Shown: positions 35,963 to 46,766 of the stretch, piece after piece
How positions within the stretch are numbered: the stretch's first letter is position 1
Layout of the letters: every line of letters begins with the position of its first letter
Origin: Candidatus Peribacteraceae bacterium
Lineage (GTDB): Bacteria > Patescibacteriota > Gracilibacteria > Peribacterales > Peribacteraceae
Direction of reading: 5' to 3'
Length of the DNA stretch: 64,000 nucleotides
NCBI GenBank assembly: GCA_028699155.1
Contig: JAQVVD010000004.1
Coordinates: forward strand, 3,924 to 67,923
The notes under the pieces: generated by a model
What the model was told of the DNA's origin: nothing
The model's database searches: none
Seen by the model: the letters and a program-made list of their open reading frames with translations, nothing else
Made by a program: the position numbers and the translations under genes

Positions 35963-37219
35963 TTACGTCGGCAGCCCTCTGGCGCCAGGAGGGGCGTCAT
36001 GGGTGAACGCGTAGGTGAGCGCCTCCTCCATCGTCGGCACACGGCGGTCTCCGTTCTGGCCATGATAGAGTGAATCCGAGAGCATCGTATCCCGCTGGGA
36101 ACCGGTGAAAAGCACGCCATCCGTCCTCCCCTCCCACGTCTCCGCAAGATCGCGCGCGATGCAGTACGCTCCGCCCTCCTGCATGCCTGTTTCAGGGTAC
36201 TTGCACTTCCCGGGCTTCAGGCACGAAACACAGTAGCGCATTGCCGCACGCATGTTCTCGATCGTCGGCGAAGTGAGCGGCGTATCGAGACGGCGCGCGG
36301 GATAGTCGGTGGGACTGCGCGCGTCCTCTATCGTCCGTACTGCCGGATCGAGATATTTGGAACGGATTGTTTCATCGGGCATGCCCGATTCCTGCGTGAG
36401 CAGGCAACGCGTCCCCATCACTACACCCTGGTACCCCATTCCCAGAGCACGGCTGATCTGATCGCGGTACCCGATGCCTCCGCCGAGCAGCACGGGCGTA
36501 TCCGGCGTGAGTTCTCGGATCTCATCACGAATGCGCTGCGGATCATGCATCTGCGCATCGTTCACGAATTCCAGCTTTGGTTGTCCAAGATGCCCTCCTG
36601 CATACTGCGGCAGCTCCACGTAGAAGAAATCGGGTGCGCGCCCGCCCTTCTTGTGCGCTGCGCGCAGCACGAGCTCTGCTGCAGTTCGCGAGGAAACAAT
36701 GACGCCATAGAGCACATGTTTCGCATCCGCCTGCGCAAAACGCTCCGGCGCCCACCGCGGCAGCCCCGCTCCGATCTTCACGAGATCGATCCCCCCTGAA
36801 GCAATGATCGCATCAACCGTTCCATGGCTGTCTTCCAGGATATCCATCACATTCGCTGCAACGATTTCGTTGGGGAATTCCTCCCGGATCCCGGCGATCT
36901 GCCGCGCAAGGAGAATGCGGCTCTCCTCGTGGAACTGCAGTCTGCGCTCCTCCTTTCCTTCCGCCAATTTCTCCGGGCGCAGACGCAGGGGGAATCCCGA
37001 TGCGGCGGCAGTCAGCGTGCCTATGCCACCGAACCTCGTAACCGCCCGCACTGCGGCGGGACCGGAGAACCCTGTGCCCATCCCTCCCATGACCATCGGC
37101 CATGGAACCTTCCCTGTGAGAAGCTCTTCTTTCAGGTAGGCGCATTTATCCTCCGGGTTTGAGAAGGCGTTTGCGCGCAGTGATGCAGGTATTTCCGGCA
37201 CAGGGGAGGAAGGTAGCAT
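35963..37219 (-). CDS. nitronate monooxygenase / NPD-like FMN-dependent TIM-barrel oxidoreductase
   Basis: GGMGTGFSGPAAV, GGIDLVKIGAGLP, and LLGGGIGYRDQISRALGMGYQGVVMGT, with a C-terminal Cys-containing extension. I moved the start to ATG at 37219. Confidence 0.7.
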   Translation of the reverse strand: MLPSSPVPEIPASLRANAFSNPEDKCAYLKEELLTGKVPWPMVMGGMGTGFSGPAAVRAVTRFGGIGTLTAAASGFPLRLRPEKLAEGKEERRLQFHEESRILLARQIAGIREEFPNEIVAANVMDILEDSHGTVDAIIASGGIDLVKIGAGLPRWAPERFAQADAKHVLYGVIVSSRTAAELVLRAAHKKGGRAPDFFYVELPQYAGGHLGQPKLEFVNDAQMHDPQRIRDEIRELTPDTPVLLGGGIGYRDQISRALGMGYQGVVMGTRCLLTQESGMPDETIRSKYLDPAVRTIEDARSPTDYPARRLDTPLTSPTIENMRAAMRYCVSCLKPGKCKYPETGMQEGGAYCIARDLAETWEGRTDGVLFTGSQRDTMLSDSLYHGQNGDRRVPTMEEALTYAFTHDAPPGARGLPT

Positions 37220-37417
37220 ACCACACCAGAGTGTACACGTGCCCTCTGCAGAAAATTCTGTTTTCCCAAGATGGATCACATTCCTCTTCTCCCCCCGCAC
37301 CCAGACCCTGGACAAGGGAAGATTTTTTTGGTACGCTCCGTGCTCGCTGCGCGCGCATGTGCGCGGCATTTTTGTTTGCCTTCAAAAAAGAAACCTGCCT
37401 CTCTCCCCATCTATCGC

Positions 37418-40336
37418 ATGTCTTCTGACTCTATCATCGTAAAAGGAGCAAAGATGCACAACCTGCAAAATATTGATGTACAGATTCCACGGAACAAACT
37501 CACCGTTGTAACCGGTCTGTCTGGTTCCGGCAAGTCATCGCTCGCCTTCGATACGATCTTTGCGGAAGGGCAGCGCCGGTACGTGGAAAGCCTGAGCGCG
37601 TATGCCCGCCAGTTCATTGCACAGATGGAAAAGCCGGAAGTAGAGAGCATTGATGGCCTGAGCCCCGCCATCAGCATCGATCAGAAAACCGCCGCACGAA
37701 ACCCGCGTTCCACGGTCGGCACCGTGACAGAGATTTACGATTACATGCGCCTGCTCTGGGCGAAGGTGGGCAAGGTGCACTGCCCGATCTGCGGCAAGCT
37801 GCTCTCCAAGCAATCCTCCAGCGGAATCGTGGATACAATCGCCTCTCTCCCGAAGGGGACGAAAGTGTTCCTCCTTGCTCCTATTGTGAGCGATCGAAAA
37901 GGTGAACATACCAAAGTATTCGATGCGATCAAGCGCGAGGGATTCGTGCGCATGCGCATCGATGGAACGATCGTCACTGCCGACGAAGAGATTCGGCTGG
38001 ACCCGAAGAAGAAGCACACGATTGAGATCGTGGTTGACCGCCTGGCTGTACGGGAACTGCAGGCTGAGGAAGGCAAAGCAAACCCGAACCGTTCGCGCCT
38101 GGCCGACTCGGTGGAACTGAGCCTGAAGAAAGGAGAGGGCACCATGATCGTACTCAATGCAGATACGAATGAGGAAACACGTTTCTCTGAGAACTTCGCC
38201 TGCGATGAGCACCCGGACCAGGGCATACCGCAGATCGAGCCACGGAGTTTTTCCTTCAACTCTCCGCACGGCGCCTGCAGCACATGCCACGGACTCGGCA
38301 CGATCCTGCAAATCGACCATGATTCCATCATACCGAATCCACGGCTCTCTCTGGCAGAGGGAGCGATCCATCCCTGGGCGACAAGTTCGAGCCGAATGAG
38401 CTTCATGATGCGGCTACTGGAGGCTCTTTCAAAGAAACTCGGATTCAGCATGAATGCGCCGTGGAAAACACTCTCGCCAGAGGTGCAATCAGTCATCTTA
38501 CATGGTCATGACGAACCGATGGAAATGTCCTGGGAGAGCACGAGTTTCGACGGGACGTACCAAACGAAGTACGAAGGCGTCATCCCCAACCTGGAACGCA
38601 GGCACAACGAAACCGATTCGAGCTACGTGCGTTCGCAGATTGAGGAGTACATGCTGGAATTGCCTTGTCCGGATTGCCAGGGACGGCGCCTGAAGAAAGA
38701 GATTCTCGCAGTCACAGTGGGTGAGAAGAATATTGTTGATGTGACGAATATGAGCGTGGAAGATGCGCAGAAATTCTTCTATGCATTGATACCGGAAGAA
38801 TGGCGCGAAAAATTTGAAGGCAACTGCGAAGCGGCCGAAGGTATCGCGCCGCTGAACGCGTACGATTTCACGATCGTCCGCAAGGTGCTCCGCGAGGTGA
38901 TCGTACGGCTCTCGTTCCTGATGAACGTTGGCTTAAAGTACCTGACGCTCTCGCGCTCCGCCGCAACGCTTTCCGGCGGAGAAGCGCAGCGCATCCGCCT
39001 GGCGACGCAAATCGGCTCCGCGCTGCAGGGAGTGCTCTACGTCCTGGATGAACCGAGCATCGGCCTGCATCAACGGGATAATGCGCGACTCATTGAGACG
39101 CTCACGCGCCTGCGCGACCTCGGGAACACCGTGATCGTCGTGGAGCATGATGAGGAGACGATGCGTGCTGCAGACTACCTGCTGGAAATCGGACCGGGCG
39201 CCGGCAAGTACGGAGGGAAAGTCACCGCACAGGGAACGGCGCAGGAGCTGATAAAAAATCCTCAATCTGTCACAGGACAGTACCTGAGCGGGAAGAAATC
39301 ACTCCCCGTTCCCAAAACCCGCCGCAAGGGCACCGGCACCTGCATTACGATCCACGACGCACACCTCCATAATTTACAACACATTGACGTGTCGCTTCCT
39401 CTGGGAACGTTCATAGGAATAACCGGCGTATCAGGATCCGGAAAATCGAGCCTGATTCACGGCATTCTGGCTCCCGAACTCCTGAAGCAACTCAATAAGG
39501 CGCACTCCAAGCCGCAGAATGTCGGAGGCTTCACAGGACTGGAACACCTGGATAAGGCAATCGTCATCGACCAGTCCCCCATCGGGAGAACGCCCCGCAG
39601 CAATCCGGCAACGTACACGGGCATCTTCACGGACATCCGCGACCTCTTCTCCTCGACGCCGGAGGCGAAACTGCGCGGATACAAGCCGGGGCGATTCAGC
39701 TTCAATGTGAAAGGCGGTCGTTGCGAGGAATGCGAGGGCGACGGTCTCAAACGCATAGAGATGCACTTCCTCCCGGACGTGTACGTCACCTGCGAATCCT
39801 GCAAGGGACAGCGCTACAACCGGGAAACGCTGGAAGTGACCTACAAGGGGAAGAATATTGCGAACGTGCTCGATATCACCGTGCGGGAAGCCCTGGAATT
39901 CTTCTCCGCGATCCCCACGCTCAAGAAGAAACTCCAGACGCTGGAAGATGTAGGCTTGGGGTACATCCATCTGGGACAGAGCGCCACGACGCTCTCCGGA
40001 GGAGAAGCGCAGCGCGTCAAACTCGCAACGGAGCTGATGCGGCGTGCGACGGGCAGGACATTCTACATTCTGGATGAGCCTACGACCGGACTGCACTTCG
40101 ATGATATCCACAAGCTTCTCACCGTGCTGCAACGCCTGGTGGATAAGGGCAATACGGTTCTGGTGATTGAACACAATCTGGACGTCGTGAAGGCTGTGGA
40201 TTTCGTGCTGGACCTGGGACCGGACGGAGGAGGCGGCGGCGGGAGAATAGTTGCCATGGGCACACCGGAAGAGGTTGCACAGACGAAAGGAAGCTATACC
40301 GGAGAGTACCTGAATGCAGTGCTTGCGAAGAAGTAG
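37418..40336 (+). CDS. uvrA: excinuclease ABC subunit A
   Basis: 972 aa from ATG at 37418, with two ABC modules ([14 protein letters not shown]; [10 protein letters not shown]), zinc-finger CxxC pairs, and [18 protein letters not shown] signatures. Confidence 0.95.
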   Translation: MSSDSIIVKGAKMHNLQNIDVQIPRNKLTVVTGLSGSGKSSLAFDTIFAEGQRRYVESLSAYARQFIAQMEKPEVESIDGLSPAISIDQKTAARNPRSTVGTVTEIYDYMRLLWAKVGKVHCPICGKLLSKQSSSGIVDTIASLPKGTKVFLLAPIVSDRKGEHTKVFDAIKREGFVRMRIDGTIVTADEEIRLDPKKKHTIEIVVDRLAVRELQAEEGKANPNRSRLADSVELSLKKGEGTMIVLNADTNEETRFSENFACDEHPDQGIPQIEPRSFSFNSPHGACSTCHGLGTILQIDHDSIIPNPRLSLAEGAIHPWATSSSRMSFMMRLLEALSKKLGFSMNAPWKTLSPEVQSVILHGHDEPMEMSWESTSFDGTYQTKYEGVIPNLERRHNETDSSYVRSQIEEYMLELPCPDCQGRRLKKEILAVTVGEKNIVDVTNMSVEDAQKFFYALIPEEWREKFEGNCEAAEGIAPLNAYDFTIVRKVLREVIVRLSFLMNVGLKYLTLSRSAATLSGGEAQRIRLATQIGSALQGVLYVLDEPSIGLHQRDNARLIETLTRLRDLGNTVIVVEHDEETMRAADYLLEIGPGAGKYGGKVTAQGTAQELIKNPQSVTGQYLSGKKSLPVPKTRRKGTGTCITIHDAHLHNLQHIDVSLPLGTFIGITGVSGSGKSSLIHGILAPELLKQLNKAHSKPQNVGGFTGLEHLDKAIVIDQSPIGRTPRSNPATYTGIFTDIRDLFSSTPEAKLRGYKPGRFSFNVKGGRCEECEGDGLKRIEMHFLPDVYVTCESCKGQRYNRETLEVTYKGKNIANVLDITVREALEFFSAIPTLKKKLQTLEDVGLGYIHLGQSATTLSGGEAQRVKLATELMRRATGRTFYILDEPTTGLHFDDIHKLLTVLQRLVDKGNTVLVIEHNLDVVKAVDFVLDLGPDGGGGGGRIVAMGTPEEVAQTKGSYTGEYLNAVLAKK

Positions 40337-40396
40337 CGACAACGCAGGAACTTCATTCTTGGCTTCGCCGCACTCTCTCTCTACAATGCCGTACGC

Positions 40397-41386
40397 ATGT
40401 TCCTGCTGCACACGGAAATTTTTTGGTGGGATCTTCTCCTCCTTCTCCTTCTCTCTTTCTCGTTGAGCGGCATTTTCGCGTGCGAAATCTGGCGCAGGAG
40501 ACACAGGGAAAAGCGGTTCCGAAGAGTCGGCGTTCGTTGCGTCGAGCTTCTGGCGCTCCTGGGCCTTGCGCTCCTCGTCTACGGATCATTCGTTGAACCG
40601 CACATCCTGACTACGACGAAATTCTCCGTACCTTTCGGCGCATCGGAATCCCTGCGCATCGTCGTCATCGGTGATTTGCATGTCGGCCCGTACACGGGAA
40701 ACGGAAAAGTCGAACGTGCAGTAGAGCGCGCAAACCAGCTGTTGCCCGATTTCGTGTTCCTGACGGGAGATTTTATCCTCGGGAACAACAGTGACCTGAG
40801 CTTACTCGATCCGCTCGGGGACCTCCGCACAACGCAGGGCGTGTACGCGGTACTCGGCAACCATGACGCGGGATTCGTTACCAACATGCTGCAACAGAGA
40901 ATGCGCAAAGATGACCAGAGTGAAGCAGTCGCCACGAAACTGGCAGCATTGGGCGCCACAGTCCTGCGGAACACGCACGCCGTCGTGCATACCGGCGATA
41001 CTGCAATCGCTATCGCAGGAGTGGAGGATATATGGGCAAACAGGCATAACCTCGCGGCGGCACTCAGCGGCATACCGGAGAAAGCGCCGGTCATACTCCT
41101 CTCGCACAATCCGGATAGCATCCTGCACCCGCAGATCGATGCCGTTGATCTCGTCGTGAGCGGGCATACGCATGGGGGGCAAATGCGGCTGCCGCTCCTG
41201 GGATCACTGGCACGCATGCCGACTGAACTCGGACGGGATTTCGACCATGGTCTCTTTCCGTTCCCGGCTTCCGCGAAAGATGAAGGATCCCTCTTCATTA
41301 CAAGAGGGGTAGGCGTATCGGGCCCGCGCGCGCGCCTGTTCGCCTGGCCGGAAGTCGCGCTGCTCACAACGACGGCTGCGAGGTGA
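40397..41386 (+). CDS. membrane-anchored metallophosphoesterase (YkuE/calcineurin-like)
   Basis: N-terminal TM helices, then GDLHVG, LTGDF, LGNHD and SGHTHGGQ motifs. Confidence 0.85.
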   Translation: MFLLHTEIFWWDLLLLLLLSFSLSGIFACEIWRRRHREKRFRRVGVRCVELLALLGLALLVYGSFVEPHILTTTKFSVPFGASESLRIVVIGDLHVGPYTGNGKVERAVERANQLLPDFVFLTGDFILGNNSDLSLLDPLGDLRTTQGVYAVLGNHDAGFVTNMLQQRMRKDDQSEAVATKLAALGATVLRNTHAVVHTGDTAIAIAGVEDIWANRHNLAAALSGIPEKAPVILLSHNPDSILHPQIDAVDLVVSGHTHGGQMRLPLLGSLARMPTELGRDFDHGLFPFPASAKDEGSLFITRGVGVSGPRARLFAWPEVALLTTTAAR

Positions 41387-41944
41387 TTATTCCTCCCTCC
41401 ACTTGATGGAACAGCCGATGGCATTCGCTTCGTGCACCTTTGGCTCTTTGCCGTGCACAAGCGCAAAAATTGCATCGTACAGATTCCTCTCGGATACTGC
41501 TTCCGCATGTTCCCAGTTATCGTCCACGCGCCCTTTGTACTGAAGCATTCTCTCACGATCGAACGCGAAGCAGTGCGGCGTGCAGAGCGCACCGTACTCG
41601 CGCGCCACCTCCTGCGATTCGTCGAAACAGTAGGGACATGGAAACCCTTTCTCCTGGTAACGGACCTTCATCTGCTGAAAAGAATCTTCCGGATACTGGG
41701 AAGCATCATTGCTGTTGATGAGAATGAACTGCACGCCTTCCTCGTCGAATTCCCGCGCCAGTTGCACAATGCGATCCTCATATGCCTGCGCGTACGGACA
41801 GTGGTTGCATGTGAAAATCACGACGAGCACGGGGTCTTTGATCTTCTTCGTATCAATGAACAGGCCGTCCGCAGATGGGAGGGCGAAGTGCGGCATGGGA
41901 TCGCCGATCGCAAGGGCCGATGAATTGTCATTGATGAGGACCAT
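41387..41944 (-). CDS. thioredoxin-fold protein (AhpC/TSA-redoxin like)
   Basis: 185 aa with VVIFTCNHCPYAQAY, a CxxC-type motif, in a thioredoxin-like layout. Confidence 0.8.
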   Translation of the reverse strand: MVLINDNSSALAIGDPMPHFALPSADGLFIDTKKIKDPVLVVIFTCNHCPYAQAYEDRIVQLAREFDEEGVQFILINSNDASQYPEDSFQQMKVRYQEKGFPCPYCFDESQEVAREYGALCTPHCFAFDRERMLQYKGRVDDNWEHAEAVSERNLYDAIFALVHGKEPKVHEANAIGCSIKWREE

Positions 41945-42180
41945 GTCTGAAAGGAGTAAAAGAAGGCAAAAGACGCAGAGGATTGAAAAGAATCCTTATG
42001 ATACCATTTTGCCCGGTAAAGAACAGTTGTCCTTTGCTTCTCCTGACTCTTCTTCCTTCTCCCCCTTGTCAGACATCGCCGCACCGAATGCGGAGACGGC
42101 AATTTTTGCGAATGTGCAAGCGTACATTCTCCTGGCGCTTCCTACGGCGGATAGAACTGTTTTTTCTGCGGAATAGAGGG

Positions 42181-42186
42181 TATACT
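42181..42186 (+). promoter_or_regulatory. putative -10 box TATACT, 11 nt upstream of ATG at 42198
   Basis: The sequence is GGGTATACTCTGCCATCTGGATG, with no SD. Confidence 0.3.
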
Positions 42187-42197
42187 CTGCCATCTGG

Positions 42198-44951
42198 ATG
42201 CAGTGGAATGAATTTCAATCATACATCCGGCACTTTGCTTATCAGGATCAGGAACGCCTGAAGGAAGCATTCTACTTTGGAGAAAAGGCACACGAAGGAC
42301 AGGTGCGATTCTCAGGGGAACCGTACTTTAACCACCCGATTGCAGTCGCAAAAACACTCGCAGATATGGGGGCAGATGCGGATACGCTGATCGCAGCGCT
42401 CCTGCACGACACAGTGGAAGATACGTCGCTCACCCTGAAGAAAATTGATGAAAAATTCGACGGAAAAGTGGCGTCACTCATTGACGGGGTAACCAAATTA
42501 TACGCAGAAGATCTGCAGGACCATAAAGAAATCCGGACGCTTGATGAGAAGATAGAAACACTCCGGAAGATGTTCACCTTCCTGGAGAAGGACGTGCGCA
42601 TCATGGTCATCAAACTCGCAGACAGGCTGCACAATATGCAGACAATCGAATTTTTCCCGAAGGAGAAACAGCAGACGTACGCGCAAGACACGCTGGATAT
42701 CTACGTGAAAATTGCCGAGCGTCTCAGTATGCTGGACATGCGTGAAGAGCTGGAATACCTGTGCCTCGCGGTGTTGGAACCCGCACTGCTCAAATCGCTG
42801 GTAGAACTGCGCAGTACGCATGAGCAGCAAGCGCAGCAAGTGATCCGTACCATGCAAGAGAAAATTGGCGGTTTCGTGCGCAATCCGCCTGTACGCATCG
42901 AGTTCGCACAGAAACCCTGGCATAAACTCCGCCTGCAGTTGGAGGCAGGAGGAGGACCGGTAACGGGAATATCCGATCTGGGGATGTTCTTCATCTGCAA
43001 AGACAACAACGCCTGTTACCAGGCACTCGGCATCCTCCACCAGCTGTGGCCGCGTGAACAGCTCTCGTTCCAGGATTTTATCAATGCCCCCATGGTGAAC
43101 GGCTACCAGGGATTGCATACCACCGTCATTCTTGAGAATGGCATGCGCATTCGCTGCAAGATCCGTTCTGAGGAAATGCAAACGTACGCACATCGCGGGA
43201 TTACGACAAAATGTTTCGACAGCAAAGCAACCGGTCTCCTGGAATATTTGCCTTGGACCAAGCACATCTCCACCCTCTCACAAGACACTACGGACAAAAG
43301 CCAGGAATTCTGGGAGAGCCTGCAGAGCGACATCTTGGGGGAATCGATCATCGTTCACAGCAGTGACAGCCAAACTATTATGCTCCCGGAGGGCGCGACT
43401 GTTTTGGATGGAGCTTTCTACTGCTACGGCAATAACGCACTCTCGCTCAAAAGCATCATGATGGACGGAAAGGACGTGCCGCTCTACACGCCGCTGCAGA
43501 ATGGCGCATCTCTCGCTATCGAAGTCAGCAGGAAGAAAACCGTCAACCACGATTGGCTACGATACGCGAACACCGGATTGGCAACCGCCAATATCCGAAC
43601 CGCACTCTCCTCCCGATCTGCCGCAAAGAAAATACAATTGGGACGACAACTGCTGCAAGACGTCTTCTGCAAGAAGCATAAGGGATTCATCGAAGAATTT
43701 GACGCAAAGAGTCTCGTCAATGGAACCGCCTCTCTGGGATACAAGACGCTCGAGGATGCATACATTGCCATTGCAGACGGCCACCTGGATCCTACGTCCC
43801 TCTTCGAAGTGCTCTTCCAACAGAAGAAGACGCGCGCTGTTACGCCTCAGTACGAACGCTGTGTCGTGGATTTCTCCGTCAATCTGGCTGATGCGGCATC
43901 TGTTGATGGAGTTATGAGTACATGGAAGAGGCACAATGCCGCGATGAAGAAGATGCGATTCAAACCTCTCGCGAATGCACGAAGATTCGTACACTGGTCT
44001 CTGCTGCTCACCCCTCCCGAGCAACAAGAGATCATTTCGGAACTGCAAGCCGCAGGAGCGACGAACATATCGCTGCAAAAAGCATATGAGCAGCGCAAGT
44101 TCCTGTACCTACTCCTCGGTACGACGATGCTGTGGGGGCTCGACCCTGTTGTCGCACATCGTCTCCTTGCAACTGTGATTACTCCATTGGACCTCACACT
44201 CCTGCGTTTTCTTGCGTTCTTTGCATCAACGGCGTGCTTCTACTTCATACAGTCCCGCCTGGCACAACAGAAATTCAAACCGCTCACCTTGCGGGATCGC
44301 TGGCTCTTCCTCTCCGCCATATCTCTCTTTGCTACAGCGCTCGGCACGTACTTCGCATTGTGGTACATCTCTCCTACGCAGTACATCCTCTTCATTCTGG
44401 CGGGCACAACCGTTCCGTCGGTGCTCGATGCTCTGTTCCATGGCACGAAGAAAAAAATGCCCGTCGCCGCATTCGCGGCACTGTCGCTCACGATCCTCGC
44501 CATGATGGCCATGCAGGGTACATCGCTCGTTGGCGTCGCATCTGCGGTCCTGGCATCCTTGGGCTTCACGCTCTACTCACTGTTCAACAAGTACTATCAA
44601 CTGCACACCGCCCGCGTGCAGGCACGGTACGCCGCATTCCTCTTCTGGCTCGCCTCCATCCTATTGCCCCTCTCACTTCTGCTCATTCCGTGGACACATA
44701 TCTCAACGCTTTCTCTGCCCGTCATTCTCGGCAGCGTCGCCTTCCTCCTCCTTTTCACCACCGTACCGTACGGCCTTTTCTACGCGCTCCTCCTTCAGAA
44801 AGATACATACAAGCTCGGTGAAGTACTCCTCCTCACGGCTGTACCGACCGTCGTTGCCGAATCGGTTCTCTCGCATTCGCTCTATCCGCTCATCACGCTC
44901 CCCATTCTCCTCGGGGTTTTCGCGCAGCAATGGCGGTCGGCAAAAGAATAG
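42198..44951 (+). CDS. long RelA/SpoT homolog (HD hydrolase, synthetase-like, TGS, ACT-like) fused to a C-terminal EamA/DMT-type 10-TM domain
   Basis: HD motifs HPIAVA...LLHDTVEDT...ADRLHNM, a synthetase-fold segment (CYQALGILHQLWP...NGYQGLHTTV), TGS (IMLPEGATVLDGAFY), and an ACT-like region. From aa 633 (nt 44094) onward there are about 10 hydrophobic helices with EamA-like repeats. Confidence 0.85.
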   Translation: MQWNEFQSYIRHFAYQDQERLKEAFYFGEKAHEGQVRFSGEPYFNHPIAVAKTLADMGADADTLIAALLHDTVEDTSLTLKKIDEKFDGKVASLIDGVTKLYAEDLQDHKEIRTLDEKIETLRKMFTFLEKDVRIMVIKLADRLHNMQTIEFFPKEKQQTYAQDTLDIYVKIAERLSMLDMREELEYLCLAVLEPALLKSLVELRSTHEQQAQQVIRTMQEKIGGFVRNPPVRIEFAQKPWHKLRLQLEAGGGPVTGISDLGMFFICKDNNACYQALGILHQLWPREQLSFQDFINAPMVNGYQGLHTTVILENGMRIRCKIRSEEMQTYAHRGITTKCFDSKATGLLEYLPWTKHISTLSQDTTDKSQEFWESLQSDILGESIIVHSSDSQTIMLPEGATVLDGAFYCYGNNALSLKSIMMDGKDVPLYTPLQNGASLAIEVSRKKTVNHDWLRYANTGLATANIRTALSSRSAAKKIQLGRQLLQDVFCKKHKGFIEEFDAKSLVNGTASLGYKTLEDAYIAIADGHLDPTSLFEVLFQQKKTRAVTPQYERCVVDFSVNLADAASVDGVMSTWKRHNAAMKKMRFKPLANARRFVHWSLLLTPPEQQEIISELQAAGATNISLQKAYEQRKFLYLLLGTTMLWGLDPVVAHRLLATVITPLDLTLLRFLAFFASTACFYFIQSRLAQQKFKPLTLRDRWLFLSAISLFATALGTYFALWYISPTQYILFILAGTTVPSVLDALFHGTKKKMPVAAFAALSLTILAMMAMQGTSLVGVASAVLASLGFTLYSLFNKYYQLHTARVQARYAAFLFWLASILLPLSLLLIPWTHISTLSLPVILGSVAFLLLFTTVPYGLFYALLLQKDTYKLGEVLLLTAVPTVVAESVLSHSLYPLITLPILLGVFAQQWRSAKE

Positions 44952-44980
44952 GAATACATGCCGCGACATCGGTATACACA

Positions 44981-46048
44981 CTATTTTTCGACTCGGTCGA
45001 GATTCATGAATACTGTTTCCCAACTGATGCCAAGATCGACACGCGCCTGTTTCCCCGGCTGATCGGGACAATCAACGAAAGTAGGCAGAGGCTTGCCCTT
45101 CAAGCAATACGCATGCGCCCCCTCGCCAAATACTTCGCTGAACCGGTGCATCATGAGACTCCGCGTACTGATAATGGGACTCTCTATTGGCTGCCACTTT
45201 CCGCTATTGACTCGCGCTCCTTGTATTCTGAAAATCTTTGCGATCAAGTACCGTATCTTATTGCGGCGCTCCCGATTGATATTCTCACGAATATGATCGA
45301 ACAGTTCCGTGCGCGCGCACGAGGCAAACCTGCGGTTTCGATACTCTTTGGGAGCAACGCTCACATTGTCGATGCACGCCGCAATGGCGGGATTGCTCTG
45401 GATTTCGCTCGCTATCTTCAGGGATCGATCGCGATCATGCGCATAGAATGCACGCGTATGATCCGGACGGATCAACGGAGTCACCGGCGCCGTTTCCGCA
45501 TCATCCGGAGGCAGTTGAATATGGATATCGGAAACGAAACGAAAGTCACGGAGCGCGAGCGATTGGGGATCGCGGATACGCCCGCCCGCATGAGCAAACA
45601 CGAAGAGCGGGTCTGCAATTCTCCGCTCGACCTCCTCCGGAGGAAGTTCCTCAAAAAATCCCCCTGCATTCGGGAGCGTTCTGGCAAGTTCGCGAAGAGA
45701 AGACGGATCACCCAGCGCAATAGCGGCGTAGAACGCATCGGCAACCTGCCGCCGGATGCTCAGGATCCGATGGCGCTCGGCAAGCTCCGGCGCATACGCC
45801 ACATCGGCAATGACTTCTGCACGCATATCCTGTACATCGGTACACTCGATTTTCCCCTGATCATGTAACTGGCGGAGCACTCCCATCAGTCCCTCGCCTG
45901 CATCGGAAGCAGACACACCAATACCGGACCCGGACCCGTCGGATTGCGGTTCGAGCTCTTCGAGCGCATCTCTGATAATAGCATCCACATCATGGGGCAG
46001 CGCATCTCCATTGGTCAGACCGTTGCTATGCTCGTTGCCTTCTGACAT
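44981..46048 (-). CDS. hypothetical protein
   Basis: 355 aa with an acidic N-terminus. No motif recognised. I prefer it over the Arg-rich opposite-strand ORF 44930-45868. Confidence 0.55.
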   Translation of the reverse strand: MSEGNEHSNGLTNGDALPHDVDAIIRDALEELEPQSDGSGSGIGVSASDAGEGLMGVLRQLHDQGKIECTDVQDMRAEVIADVAYAPELAERHRILSIRRQVADAFYAAIALGDPSSLRELARTLPNAGGFFEELPPEEVERRIADPLFVFAHAGGRIRDPQSLALRDFRFVSDIHIQLPPDDAETAPVTPLIRPDHTRAFYAHDRDRSLKIASEIQSNPAIAACIDNVSVAPKEYRNRRFASCARTELFDHIRENINRERRNKIRYLIAKIFRIQGARVNSGKWQPIESPIISTRSLMMHRFSEVFGEGAHAYCLKGKPLPTFVDCPDQPGKQARVDLGISWETVFMNLDRVEK

Positions 46049-46184
46049 GAGAAGTGGTGACTGAGCAAAATAAACTTAATAGTATATTATGCAATATATT
46101 CTAATAATCAACAAATTTTTAGAGATTCTCGCGTAAAAAGGCACATAGGAAATTGATCTAATCTCTGTATCTACGTAGATCTCT

Positions 46185-46685
46185 CTACTCCGTCTGGATG
46201 CTCTGTTCAAGTCGCTCTCCCCCGTAGGCAGCACCCGCAGACAGTATCTCGAACGTACGGTTTTCCATGGCTCCGACAGTACCATTGACGGTTTCCGCTA
46301 TCGCACCCGCATCAAGATGATAGTTGCCTTTCTTCACCATCCTCTGGACCACTTCAGTGGCAAAGGGCTTGGATACGGCACCCACCACTCTTTCACGTAA
46401 TTCTTGTGGAGTCGCAATAGAACGAAGTCCGCTGCGGCAATGGTCAAATATGGACTGTAGTCCACCGCATTTTTGCGCCACATCATCAAACAGAGCGCCC
46501 GCCGTGGAGCGCAAGATCCCCCCGATGCTGAGTGTGAGCACTCTGATGCGATTACGAGCTTCCTGCTGCCCATCGCACTGATTCTCCAACGTACGAGCGA
46601 TAGCGCCTATCAGTGCTTTTGACTGCGTAGCGCGTCGTCTCGCCGTTTCGTATTCTAATTCAGGCATACAATCGGAATTGAACAC
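46185..46685 (-). CDS. hypothetical protein
   Basis: 166 aa. No motif recognised. It is preceded and followed by AT-rich spacers. Confidence 0.5.
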   Translation of the reverse strand: MFNSDCMPELEYETARRRATQSKALIGAIARTLENQCDGQQEARNRIRVLTLSIGGILRSTAGALFDDVAQKCGGLQSIFDHCRSGLRSIATPQELRERVVGAVSKPFATEVVQRMVKKGNYHLDAGAIAETVNGTVGAMENRTFEILSAGAAYGGERLEQSIQTE

Positions 46686-46766
46686 CTAGCATTCTCTCTG
46701 TCGGAATACGCTTGTCAATTACATTGAATGATATTTATGAGATAGAACACACAACAGTACAGCACA

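Noticed and set aside
37220-37417. FMN (RFN) riboswitch upstream of the rib gene cluster
   Set aside because: Only a short GGTCTGGGTGCGGGGGGAGAAGAGG stretch vaguely resembles the RFN 3' segment. The conserved core segments were not found here or in 33361-33415. An Infernal search would be decisive.
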